DNA of 64,000 nucleotides from an uncultured virus (IMG/VR IMGVR_UViG_3300008113_000043) (Duplodnaviria; Heunggongvirae; Uroviricota; Caudoviricetes): IMG/VR virus record IMGVR_UViG_3300008113_000043; one strand, given 5' to 3'. This document shows positions 9,170 through 18,860 of this stretch, one piece after another. How positions within the stretch are numbered: position 1 is the first letter of the stretch; each line of letters starts with the position of its first letter. The translations under genes were made by a program, and so were the position numbers. The notes below the pieces were generated by a model. It had not been told where the DNA came from, made no database searches, and was given only the letters and a program-made list of their open reading frames with translations.

Positions 9170-9442
9170 TTAATTTGAAGTATCTTTTACGGTGTCTGGA
9201 ATATTTTCTGCTGGAGTTTGTCTTGTTTGAGGTTCAAATTTAATAGATCCAATTTTTAATTTATTTTCAATACCTCTAAGTTGTCCTTCTAAAATATTAT
9301 TAAATTCATCTTGGATTATTGATCCTTCATCATCTCTGGGAATATTAACTAATTTAATATAAATTTCACCCTTTTCATTTACAAATTTCACATTCACATT
9401 AGTTTTATCCCCTAAGTCTTCGGGAAGTTCATAAGTAATCAT
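9170..9442 (-). CDS. Hypothetical protein, possible fibre accessory or chaperone
   Basis: 90-aa ORF overlapping the fibre stop (ATGA coupling). Confidence 0.7.
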   Translation of the reverse strand: MITYELPEDLGDKTNVNVKFVNEKGEIYIKLVNIPRDDEGSIIQDEFNNILEGQLRGIENKLKIGSIKFEPQTRQTPAENIPDTVKDTSN

Positions 9443-12400
9443 TGTTTTTTTAACTCCTCAATTTCTTGCTTCAGATTATTTATCATTGTCTGTTGTTCTT
9501 TTATTGCTTCAATAAGCACTGCAGTGATGTTTCCATAAGCAACTGCTTTGGTTCCAAAGTTATCAGAAACAATTTCAGGAATAATCTCTTCAATTTCTTG
9601 TGCAATAACACCAATTTGATGCTCATTATTTCTGTCAATACGATCAAATTCAACACCACGCATCTTGGTTACTTTCTCAAGAGCATTTTCAATTGGTTTA
9701 ATGTTAGTCTTGAGTTTGATATCAGAGTTTGCGGTAACAGTTCCACTTGCAGTGAAGTTTCCTGTAATTGTTCTATTACCAAAGTGAGAAACTCTAAATA
9801 CTTTCCAACCAGAAATATATGTGGTTCCACCACCACTGAAATTAAATAGTGCTTGTGGAGTCCAATACTTAGTACCTGCTTTAAATTGACCAGTTGAGGC
9901 ACCAAATCCTGTAATATAACCACTTACCTTAGTCCATGTTGTTCCTGGATTTGTATTCGACATTACCCAGTAACCAAAGGATCCTGGATTTCCGCCTAAA
10001 GAAGTGAATGCTTCATTATAATCAATTGATCCCATATAATGGGTATTAGTTCCTGATACGTTTCTAATGTAACATTCCATATAATATACGTCATTAGTAT
10101 CAACTGGAATGTATGGGAAACCAGAACCATATTCACCACCAACATTAACTGCACCAACAATAGAAATTGCATAACCACCTGGAGCAGTTGAATCATTAAC
10201 CCAATTGACTGATGCAGAATTGAAATAATTTTGTAGTTCTGTAGTTGTCCAGGTAGGATCAAACTCAAATACTGCTTCACCTTGATTATAATGACCTATT
10301 GGATATCTTTCTGCAGTATCAACTCTTGCATTTGTTTTAGTTAATTGTGTAGTATCAACTTTAGCAGCAGCAAATCCACCTGATGCATCTCTAGCAACAA
10401 TTGTAGATACTGTATTAGTTGTTGCTGAGTTTAAACCATCTAGTAAATCAGCATCTAATCCAGATCCAGAACCATCATTACCATCATTCCACATCCTTCT
10501 CCATGATGTAAAGGTTCCAGCACCACTCCAAACACCTCTCATAAAGGTTAGAGAAGGATCACCAGCACCAACTACCATTTGCCATCCATAACGTGCAGTG
10601 GCATTTGTGTAGTGTAATGATTGTACACCGTTCCAGTGTGATGTACCAGATGGTTGGTTACCTGGATTACTCCAGGTATCAAAGAAACCAGAACCCCAAT
10701 CAAATACAGTATTAAGGTCAGTTGTTCCCCATCCTCTAGTACCTACCCAATAATTTGTATCTGTTGTATCTGAACTTCTTGGTCTTGAATTTTTGTAGGT
10801 TAATCCAATTTGCTGTTGGAAATCAGCAACTCCCTTATATCTAACATAATCATCGTTTGAACAATAAATACGATCAATATTTGTTGTGTCTGCAATATCA
10901 CCTGATGTTGTATTAATCCAACCTGCTTGAATGTAACCATTAGCGTCAGTTCTTACGACTTTATTTGCTTCGTTATTTCTTGCAGTATGTAATTCTAAAC
11001 CATCAAGTAAATCAGCATCTAATCCTGATCCAGAACCATCATTAGAAGCGTTCCAAATCTTAGTCCATGATCCCCACGTTGTAGATCCAGTACTTAATCT
11101 TGTATAAAGATTTCCATTATCAGTATATGCCAATTGAAGCATTGGACCACCACTGAAATCTGTAGATGATCCATACTTTCTCCATGACATCACACCATTA
11201 TAAGTACCACCATCTGAAAGACCATTAACAGTATTAGTTTTAAAGTCGAAGGTTATTCTTTGTGAATAATCTTGAGGATTTGGATTAGTTGATCTAGTAT
11301 CGAATGAGGTAACTGCAGCAGAATTTCCACTTAAAGTTGCAGTGATTGTTCCCGCAGAAAAATCACCATTAGCATCACGTCTTACAATTCTATTTGCAGT
11401 GTTGGTAGTAGATGTTGAATATCCTTCAAGTAAAGATGCGTTTAAGTTAGAAACCTGAGTTGTTGAAGTTACTGTAAGTGGAGCAGTTCCTGTTGCTATT
11501 GTAGAAATTAATGTTGTACCTTGTACGGTTCCAGTTACTGCTAGGTTACTAGAACCATCTAAAGTCATTGCAACTGTTCCGCCAGTTCCTGCCGTGTTTT
11601 CAGTATCACTATGCGATCCACCACGATGCCATGAGAACCTAGAACCAGTTCTAAAATATAATGTACTGCTTTGTACACCAATACCATAACTGGTGCTCCA
11701 AGCATTAATCATTTGTCTAGTTTGACTACCAAATGATAGTGATCCTGCAGTTCCAATATCTACGTTGCTACTGAATGTTCCTGTGGTTGCTGTAAGAGCA
11801 CCCATACTAAATTCACCATTTGATCCACGCTGTACAACGTAGTTTGCAGTATTTGCGCTTGAAGCATTAATACCAATAGTAACTGCTGCAGAGTTGTTAT
11901 ATGATGTTCCTGTCAGTGGGGATGCAATAGTTAACGTATTACCCAAAGAACCACTTAAAGTTGTAGCACTAATTGTTCCAGCATTTAATTGACCAGTAAA
12001 TGTGGAAATACCAGTAACAGTTAATCTGTTAAGTGCTGCTGTACCTGCAGTTTGACTGATATTATTTCCAGAACCACTGAATGTAGAAACACCAGAAACA
12101 GTTTGATTTGCAAGTCCTGCAGTTCCACTGTTCGTTATAGTTGTTCCTGATATTGAACTATAATTTAATGAACCAGTGAAGGTTGAAATTCCAGCAACAA
12201 CCAATCTATTAAGTGCTGCAGTACCAGAAGTTTGATTAATATTATTTCCAGCACCCGTAAAGGTAGAAACTCCACTTACAACAATATTAGTATTAATTAA
12301 GTTAGGTAAAGTTTGTTGTGTTGTTGCTGATGCAGAAATAGTACCAACATTAATTGCATCACTAAATGTTGATACACCTGATACTGTTAATGTATTTAAA

Positions 12401-15400
12401 ATTAATGTATTAGATACCGATACTCTAGATAATGTTGAAATGCCAGAAACACTAAAGTTTGATGCTGTTAATGTTCCAGCAACGTTTGCTGTTTGATAGT
12501 TTGCAACACCTACATTAACATCACTTAAGAATGTCGTAATACCAGAGAACACTGCTCTGTTGAATACTTGAGTTCCAGAAGTACAATTTAGGTTATTTCC
12601 AGATCCACTGTAAGTGCTTACTCCAGAAATAGTTTGATTTGTTGCAACAATTGTGCCAGCGTTTGTCAAACGTGCATCAGTTGCACTTGACATTGTAATG
12701 GTATTTGTATTGACTGTGTTACTAAATGTAGAAACTCCAGTAACTGTTAATCTATTCAGTGCTGCAGTACCAGCAGTTTGATTAATATTATTCGCAGAAC
12801 CACTAAAAGTTGCTATTCCACTAATGCTAGCATTTACTGAACCTAAGTTTGTTACTGTTCCAAATCCACTAATTGATCCATGCGTTACTGCTAAACCAAC
12901 TGCTCTAAAATATCCCCCAACAGTTAAAGTGAGACTTCCAGAAAGTGTTGGTGAAGTTACAAGGTCATAAGTAGTACCATTTCCTTGAAGAATTGAACCT
13001 GCTGGAGGAATAGCGGCAAGACCAGTACCACCTTTAGAAATTGGAATTGATGCAGTAAAGTTTACTGGATTTAGATAATAAGATCCAGACTGTCCTCCTA
13101 AAGATGCAGCATCAATATCACCTGTTGATGAATTTTTAATTGATACTTCACCATCACTACCAATACTAAAAGTAGATGTTTTAAATCTAGATACTCCCAG
13201 TGAGGTATAATCCTGTCCTACTACAGTTTTAACTCTTTGAATAGAAAGATTTACTTTACCAATATAAGTATTAACTCCAACTCCACCAGGAGCACTTTCC
13301 GTGAATGATGCAGTTGCGCTTAATGGTTCTGTAGTTCCAATACCAACTCTGGTTACAACTTTATCAAATGTAGAATCTCCTCTTAAGAAGGTATCCGAGT
13401 TTGCACTTCCAGATCCAAGTCTTGATGGTGAAATTGTACCACTAGTTATGTTTGCTGCGTCTACAGAAGATGTGGCAAGAACGCTCCAGTTATCTAAAAT
13501 ACTAGACGATGTATTTACGGTTGAATTATATTGAACATTTTGTCTGGTAAATGTAACAGTTCCTGTTGCGGTTGATCCTAATCCTACTGGACTAAATGTA
13601 GATCCATTTAAAGAGGTAGTTGCGTCTGCTCTTGTTGTATGTAAAGTAAATGCGTTAGTAACAACTGAACCAATGAAATAAAATGCTCCAGTTGTTACTC
13701 CTACTGGAGTTGCTCCAGTAACTTTTACAGCATCTCCCGTAGAAAATCCATGCTTTTCAAATACAATAAAATCATCTGAGGTATTTACACCAACTCTTGT
13801 TAAACTATGTGTTCCAGTTCCACTACCAGTAAGAGAAACTAAAGATGATAATCCATATGTGGTATAAAGTTCAACTGAACTTAAACCAACTCTCTTAACA
13901 TAATAAGTATCACCTTGAGTTAAACCATCAATAACATTTCCACCTGCAGAAGAATAAATTACGGGATCACCGTTTGTAAATGTTGAAACACCAACAATAA
14001 TTCTATTGTTTGCAAAATCTACACCACCACCAACAGAAATATCTGTTGGTGTGAAAGTTTTTTGATATTGAATTTGTAAACTAGTACCTACACCGACAGC
14101 ATCTCTGTCTGTAATATAATCAGGTAAAGTTGATGACGCAACAAATTTTTGATTATTTGTTAGTTTTAAATATAATCTAGTTTCTACTATATTAACTGTA
14201 GCAGTAAAGTTTGCTCCACCACTTCTACCACCAAGTAATGTGGCGTTATTAATTGTTAAAACATCTCCAGAAGTGTAATACCTTCCACCAAAATTAACAC
14301 TAATTGCAGTTACAGTTCCAGAAGCACCAACTGTAATAGCAGCTCTTGCACTAGTACCAATACCAGTAGTTCTATCAAGTACACAAGTATAAATTCCTGG
14401 ATTTGTGTATCCAGAACCACCAGAAGTTATTGAAACTGATAGTAATACACCTTTAACTAGTCCTGTAGTCCCATAACCAACAGAATTTGTTGGGGGAGAT
14501 GTAACAATTCCTATTGCTCCACCTGCACTATTTGTACCAATTATTTCATCACCATTTAAGTAATTATAATTTCTTGTGGTACTACTTAAAAGTAAATATT
14601 GTCCATACAAATCATTAGTTAAAACATATCCACTTGCTGGTTCTAGAACAGTATCACCACTTTGTAAGTTAACAGCAGGTATTCTATTAACCAAATCAGT
14701 TCTTCCACCAGAAACACTTGCAGTATAGTAATTAACAACCTTTGGTGGAATTAAATCTGGGTTAATTTGTCCATTTGAATTTAGTTGAACAATAGCACTT
14801 GGGACAGCATTTGTGGAAATTGATTTATCAATAAAACTCCCCAATCTATTATTTAAAAATGATCTGACTGCAAGTTGAGTTGAAACTCTCTTGTTCTGAG
14901 GACCACCTATTTCATTATCACCAAGTCCAATATCAGTTGAGAATTCCTCAACTGCTACACCACCAGAAAGACTTAATCTTAAAGAATCTAACTGTCCAAT
15001 AGTAACTTTGTTATTGAATATAATATTACCTGTTCTGTTGTATGCTGTAATAAAATTACCGATCTTAAAGTCACCAAGTTCATTCGTACCTGAACTATAA
15101 ACTCTTCCTCCTAATTCTGAAACTTGTTCAGATGATAGTATAGTTTTACCACCATTTTCTGGTAAAGCGTTGTAATCTGTTCCAGATCCAGAAAACTCCC
15201 ATGTATGTGATGATGAGTTGATAATAGAAGGTCTGTGGAAGTGTAAATTATATGCTTCAGGTAAACCACCGACACCATTAATAACTGTATCTGGTATAGT
15301 TGCACCAACTTTACATTCAACTGTATAATAAGTATTAATACCAGCAACTCCAGTAACAGCAATAGATACTGGACTTCCGCTATGATCATTAATTTTTAAT

Positions 15401-18400
15401 GTAGATACATTATCTGTTACTCCAAATAATCTGGTAATACCACTAGATGATTCTACTGAAACAACTAATTCTCTCTTGGTAGAATTGTAAGTGTATGCAT
15501 ATCCAACTGCAGTTCCACCAGGAACTAATTGTGTAATTTGTCTACCAGAAACAAAGTTTAATGTTGATGATGTACTTGCAAGAGAAACAACTTGATAATT
15601 ATTGTGAGAATCTAAAATTTCTGAAGCAAAAAACTCTACGTTACCTTTTTGGAATGTGTTAATTCCTGTAGGTGTTGATTTAGTATCAACAACTCTTGTT
15701 AAAGCTTCATCTTCGTATAATTGGAATGTATTTGAATCAATGTATCCTAAGTAATATTGGTTTCCACTAACCATACCCTCAATAACTCTTTGAGGTGCCG
15801 AATTTTCATCACCAATATACAATACAGTATCACCATTTAAAAATGGGTGTGCAGTTACTGTAAATCTATCAGTAGCAGTATTGAGACCTACTGTAGGTAA
15901 GAATGTTGCCTGTGTTACAACTGGTTTAAAATCTGCAGTGTCATCATTTCCAGCATTATCAAAAAATCTTAAAACATATAAATCTTGATCAGTTCTACCG
16001 AGACCAATCGTTCTTAATGTTTGAGAACCACTCGAAGTTCCTGTAGTAGCAACTCTACCTCTATCAAATACGTAAGATCTTTGATTGAACCCAGATGATC
16101 TTAATGCATATAAACCAAAGTTAGTTGCTGAGTTTGTAATGGATAAGTATCCACCAGACTGTGTTAAAGATCCATACTTACAGAAAATTTGGAAACAAGA
16201 AACAACCTGTGCATAACCATCATTAATGGTTCTCCATCCAATACCACCAAAAGAAACCATGGTAAATGCCGCTGCAACCATGGATTTACCAAATTGTGGT
16301 TGAGGTCCACTTACTGGATTTTCAGATTCTTCTGGAATAACAGTTGTATTTGGTGTTTGTATTTTTGCACCATCAACTAAAATACCATTTCCACCCAAGA
16401 ACGAAAGAATAGAGCAGTTTTGGATATATGGAGAACGTGAAATCAGTGGTTTATCATTTTTAACTGCATATCCAACTCTACTTACAAATGGATCTGCTGG
16501 ATCATCAAAAGCAATTGCATAATCAAATGTATATTGTGGAACTCCTGCAGCATCCACAAAATCCTTCATTGCAAATCCAGTCACATAGCAACCATTTCTT
16601 ACACGGAATAAATCTTTACCCGCATTAGATGGTCTAATAATTGTATTTCTAAGGTTATCACCAACAACAGCAACGTCTTCATACAGAAGTATTGGGTTAT
16701 CTTCTACATATTCACCCGCTTCAACAAAAATGCAAATTGGTTTTGATTTAGTTGTTGGTGCAGAAACTTCTGGTGCTGCTGTTGTTCCAATTCCAATAAT
16801 TGTAGTTACAATTCCAACAAAAGTATTAATTGATGACCTTACATCTGCACAATCTGTAATAGATCCAATACCTGGACTTGGGACTGAGGTTAAATTACCA
16901 GAACTAATTGCTGCAGTTAATATTCCAACTAAGTTATCAATATTAGTCTGAATATTTGCACATGATGCGGTACTTGTATTAAATCCAGTGACTGCATCTG
17001 CTATTATAGTTCTATCTTGATAGTTTAGATTATTTGTAATTGCTAGTTTTGCATAATTTCTTGCTGCTTGGAAAGCAGTTACAGATTGAGATTGTTCACC
17101 TAACAAACCAGTTGATAGTGGATTTCCAGCACCATCAAAATATTTTTTGGTTGCGTATACAATATGCTGATTTGAACCATATGAAACGTCTTGAGCAATT
17201 GCATCAACGATGTATCCTAAATCTCTGGCGCACTTTCTTCCACCAATAATATTTGTTGACCCAATTCCAATTGAACCACAAACAACATTGCAAGAAGTTG
17301 TAATTCCAGCAAAATAACCACCATTGTATGCTGGTAAAGATGCTGTACTTGCCGCACCAATTGCTGATGTAACAATTCCTACTAGTGTTGCAATATTAGA
17401 TTGTACATTAGCGCATGATGTACTATTTGTATTAGATCCTGTTAATGGATCTGCAGTTAATGTTAGATCTTTAATTGGAAGGCGATTTGTGATCGCCTCT
17501 TTCATCAAAGATTCTGCATATCTAAAAGCATATATTGTTTGTTGTTCTTCACCCGCAAGACTACCAATTCCAACTCCAGTAAAATACTTTAGAGTAAATT
17601 CTCTTGCATAGTTATTTCCACCAGTAAATATATCCGTTGAAATTGCATCAACAAAATATCCAAGATCTCGTTGACATTTGTTTGGATCTGGATTAACAAA
17701 TCCAGGATATGCTGAAGTAATACCAGCATAAGCATAATTAACAATTGTTTGTTTATTTTGCTGAATTAATCTATATGAATCGTAATACCTAGATCTTAAA
17801 TTAGTTTGTTCTTCACCTGGGAAATAAAAATCTGAGTGTGCAATAGCAACTGCAGCAAGAGATTTATCAATAATTTCTTGTCTATTATTAACGATTAAAT
17901 TTCTTGCATCTTTTCTTCTATGGAAGAAATTAGAGTTAACGTTTGCTGGATCATCAATAAGAGTAAAATCAAATACCTGTGTTATTGTTGATTGATATAA
18001 TGTAGGTGGTGTTTGATTATTAATTACGTACTGTGCTAAGAAATTTATATAATTATATGCATGTAATGCTTCTTCTTCTTCACCTTGAACATAAGAAACA
18101 CCACCTGCCCAATATGCTAAACCTGCTTCTATAGACTTAGTATTTCCACCATATGACAAATCATATGCAATAGCATCTACAATATAACCAACATCTCGTT
18201 TACAAATACTTCTATCATAGTCTGGTTTATCTGTAGAAATATTTGGGTAATTGAATTCTAGATATGAAACAACTTCTTCTTTTATAAACTCTTTGTTTGC
18301 AGTTAATATATTACCAGCATCTAAATATCTTCCTCCAGGAAGACTGAATGATCTAAATGATGATGCTTGTGCTGCTTTCTTTAAAGTTCTAAATGGTTTT

Positions 18401-18816
18401 GATCTTCCGTCATTATTATCATCACCATTTGCCGATGAAACATAATATCTATTTTCAAATAAACCATTAGTAGCAAAACCTAATACCCCATTAGGTCCAT
18501 AAGTTAAAACTTGACCATCGGTTCCAGGTTTTGCTGGTAATGTTAATGTAAATGAAGAAACAAATCCTGATGTTTGACTTGGTGGAGTAATTGTTATTCT
18601 TTGACCACCACTTTCAATAGCAATCTGTGACTGGAATGTTACTATTCCCATTCCACCAGCACCATTAGTGGCGGAAATAATACCTACTGTAGTAACACCT
18701 GTTACTCTTGTATGAGAAAATGTTGTAACTCCCGCTACAATATTTCTGTTTACGTCTACTAATCTTGCGGTATCAATATTGATACCGTGCTTTACCCTAA
18801 AATTTCTATCAGCCAA
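9439..18816 (-). CDS. Giant tail fibre (3125 aa): beta-helix domain interrupted by three phycobiliprotein-like domains, repeats, and a C-terminal peptidase S74-type intramolecular chaperone
   Basis: C-terminal SDIKLKTNI...IGVIAQE...VAYGNITAVLIEAIKEQQ plus coiled coil; two NDGSGSGLDADLLDGL fibre motifs; TTG start after GGGGATAGTGAACC. Confidence 0.88.
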   Translation of the reverse strand: MADRNFRVKHGINIDTARLVDVNRNIVAGVTTFSHTRVTGVTTVGIISATNGAGGMGIVTFQSQIAIESGGQRITITPPSQTSGFVSSFTLTLPAKPGTDGQVLTYGPNGVLGFATNGLFENRYYVSSANGDDNNDGRSKPFRTLKKAAQASSFRSFSLPGGRYLDAGNILTANKEFIKEEVVSYLEFNYPNISTDKPDYDRSICKRDVGYIVDAIAYDLSYGGNTKSIEAGLAYWAGGVSYVQGEEEEALHAYNYINFLAQYVINNQTPPTLYQSTITQVFDFTLIDDPANVNSNFFHRRKDARNLIVNNRQEIIDKSLAAVAIAHSDFYFPGEEQTNLRSRYYDSYRLIQQNKQTIVNYAYAGITSAYPGFVNPDPNKCQRDLGYFVDAISTDIFTGGNNYAREFTLKYFTGVGIGSLAGEEQQTIYAFRYAESLMKEAITNRLPIKDLTLTADPLTGSNTNSTSCANVQSNIATLVGIVTSAIGAASTASLPAYNGGYFAGITTSCNVVCGSIGIGSTNIIGGRKCARDLGYIVDAIAQDVSYGSNQHIVYATKKYFDGAGNPLSTGLLGEQSQSVTAFQAARNYAKLAITNNLNYQDRTIIADAVTGFNTSTASCANIQTNIDNLVGILTAAISSGNLTSVPSPGIGSITDCADVRSSINTFVGIVTTIIGIGTTAAPEVSAPTTKSKPICIFVEAGEYVEDNPILLYEDVAVVGDNLRNTIIRPSNAGKDLFRVRNGCYVTGFAMKDFVDAAGVPQYTFDYAIAFDDPADPFVSRVGYAVKNDKPLISRSPYIQNCSILSFLGGNGILVDGAKIQTPNTTVIPEESENPVSGPQPQFGKSMVAAAFTMVSFGGIGWRTINDGYAQVVSCFQIFCKYGSLTQSGGYLSITNSATNFGLYALRSSGFNQRSYVFDRGRVATTGTSSGSQTLRTIGLGRTDQDLYVLRFFDNAGNDDTADFKPVVTQATFLPTVGLNTATDRFTVTAHPFLNGDTVLYIGDENSAPQRVIEGMVSGNQYYLGYIDSNTFQLYEDEALTRVVDTKSTPTGINTFQKGNVEFFASEILDSHNNYQVVSLASTSSTLNFVSGRQITQLVPGGTAVGYAYTYNSTKRELVVSVESSSGITRLFGVTDNVSTLKINDHSGSPVSIAVTGVAGINTYYTVECKVGATIPDTVINGVGGLPEAYNLHFHRPSIINSSSHTWEFSGSGTDYNALPENGGKTILSSEQVSELGGRVYSSGTNELGDFKIGNFITAYNRTGNIIFNNKVTIGQLDSLRLSLSGGVAVEEFSTDIGLGDNEIGGPQNKRVSTQLAVRSFLNNRLGSFIDKSISTNAVPSAIVQLNSNGQINPDLIPPKVVNYYTASVSGGRTDLVNRIPAVNLQSGDTVLEPASGYVLTNDLYGQYLLLSSTTRNYNYLNGDEIIGTNSAGGAIGIVTSPPTNSVGYGTTGLVKGVLLSVSITSGGSGYTNPGIYTCVLDRTTGIGTSARAAITVGASGTVTAISVNFGGRYYTSGDVLTINNATLLGGRSGGANFTATVNIVETRLYLKLTNNQKFVASSTLPDYITDRDAVGVGTSLQIQYQKTFTPTDISVGGGVDFANNRIIVGVSTFTNGDPVIYSSAGGNVIDGLTQGDTYYVKRVGLSSVELYTTYGLSSLVSLTGSGTGTHSLTRVGVNTSDDFIVFEKHGFSTGDAVKVTGATPVGVTTGAFYFIGSVVTNAFTLHTTRADATTSLNGSTFSPVGLGSTATGTVTFTRQNVQYNSTVNTSSSILDNWSVLATSSVDAANITSGTISPSRLGSGSANSDTFLRGDSTFDKVVTRVGIGTTEPLSATASFTESAPGGVGVNTYIGKVNLSIQRVKTVVGQDYTSLGVSRFKTSTFSIGSDGEVSIKNSSTGDIDAASLGGQSGSYYLNPVNFTASIPISKGGTGLAAIPPAGSILQGNGTTYDLVTSPTLSGSLTLTVGGYFRAVGLAVTHGSISGFGTVTNLGSVNASISGIATFSGSANNINQTAGTAALNRLTVTGVSTFSNTVNTNTITMSSATDARLTNAGTIVATNQTISGVSTYSGSGNNLNCTSGTQVFNRAVFSGITTFLSDVNVGVANYQTANVAGTLTASNFSVSGISTLSRVSVSNTLILNTLTVSGVSTFSDAINVGTISASATTQQTLPNLINTNIVVSGVSTFTGAGNNINQTSGTAALNRLVVAGISTFTGSLNYSSISGTTITNSGTAGLANQTVSGVSTFSGSGNNISQTAGTAALNRLTVTGISTFTGQLNAGTISATTLSGSLGNTLTIASPLTGTSYNNSAAVTIGINASSANTANYVVQRGSNGEFSMGALTATTGTFSSNVDIGTAGSLSFGSQTRQMINAWSTSYGIGVQSSTLYFRTGSRFSWHRGGSHSDTENTAGTGGTVAMTLDGSSNLAVTGTVQGTTLISTIATGTAPLTVTSTTQVSNLNASLLEGYSTSTTNTANRIVRRDANGDFSAGTITATLSGNSAAVTSFDTRSTNPNPQDYSQRITFDFKTNTVNGLSDGGTYNGVMSWRKYGSSTDFSGGPMLQLAYTDNGNLYTRLSTGSTTWGSWTKIWNASNDGSGSGLDADLLDGLELHTARNNEANKVVRTDANGYIQAGWINTTSGDIADTTNIDRIYCSNDDYVRYKGVADFQQQIGLTYKNSRPRSSDTTDTNYWVGTRGWGTTDLNTVFDWGSGFFDTWSNPGNQPSGTSHWNGVQSLHYTNATARYGWQMVVGAGDPSLTFMRGVWSGAGTFTSWRRMWNDGNDGSGSGLDADLLDGLNSATTNTVSTIVARDASGGFAAAKVDTTQLTKTNARVDTAERYPIGHYNQGEAVFEFDPTWTTTELQNYFNSASVNWVNDSTAPGGYAISIVGAVNVGGEYGSGFPYIPVDTNDVYYMECYIRNVSGTNTHYMGSIDYNEAFTSLGGNPGSFGYWVMSNTNPGTTWTKVSGYITGFGASTGQFKAGTKYWTPQALFNFSGGGTTYISGWKVFRVSHFGNRTITGNFTASGTVTANSDIKLKTNIKPIENALEKVTKMRGVEFDRIDRNNEHQIGVIAQEIEEIIPEIVSDNFGTKAVAYGNITAVLIEAIKEQQTMINNLKQEIEELKKQ

Positions 18817-18852
18817 GGTTCACTATCCCCTTTGCGTGGTTTTATCTTAGTT

Positions 18853-18860
18853 TATTTATA
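18853..18860 (-). promoter_or_regulatory. T4 late promoter TATAAATA for the 3125-aa fibre
   Basis: Perfect consensus overlapping the upstream stop codon. Confidence 0.75.

Noticed and set aside
9439..11100. Diversity-generating retroelement or invertible tail-fibre cassette
   Set aside because: No reverse transcriptase or invertase gene, no template/variable repeat pair with A-specific mismatches, and no flanking inverted sites seen
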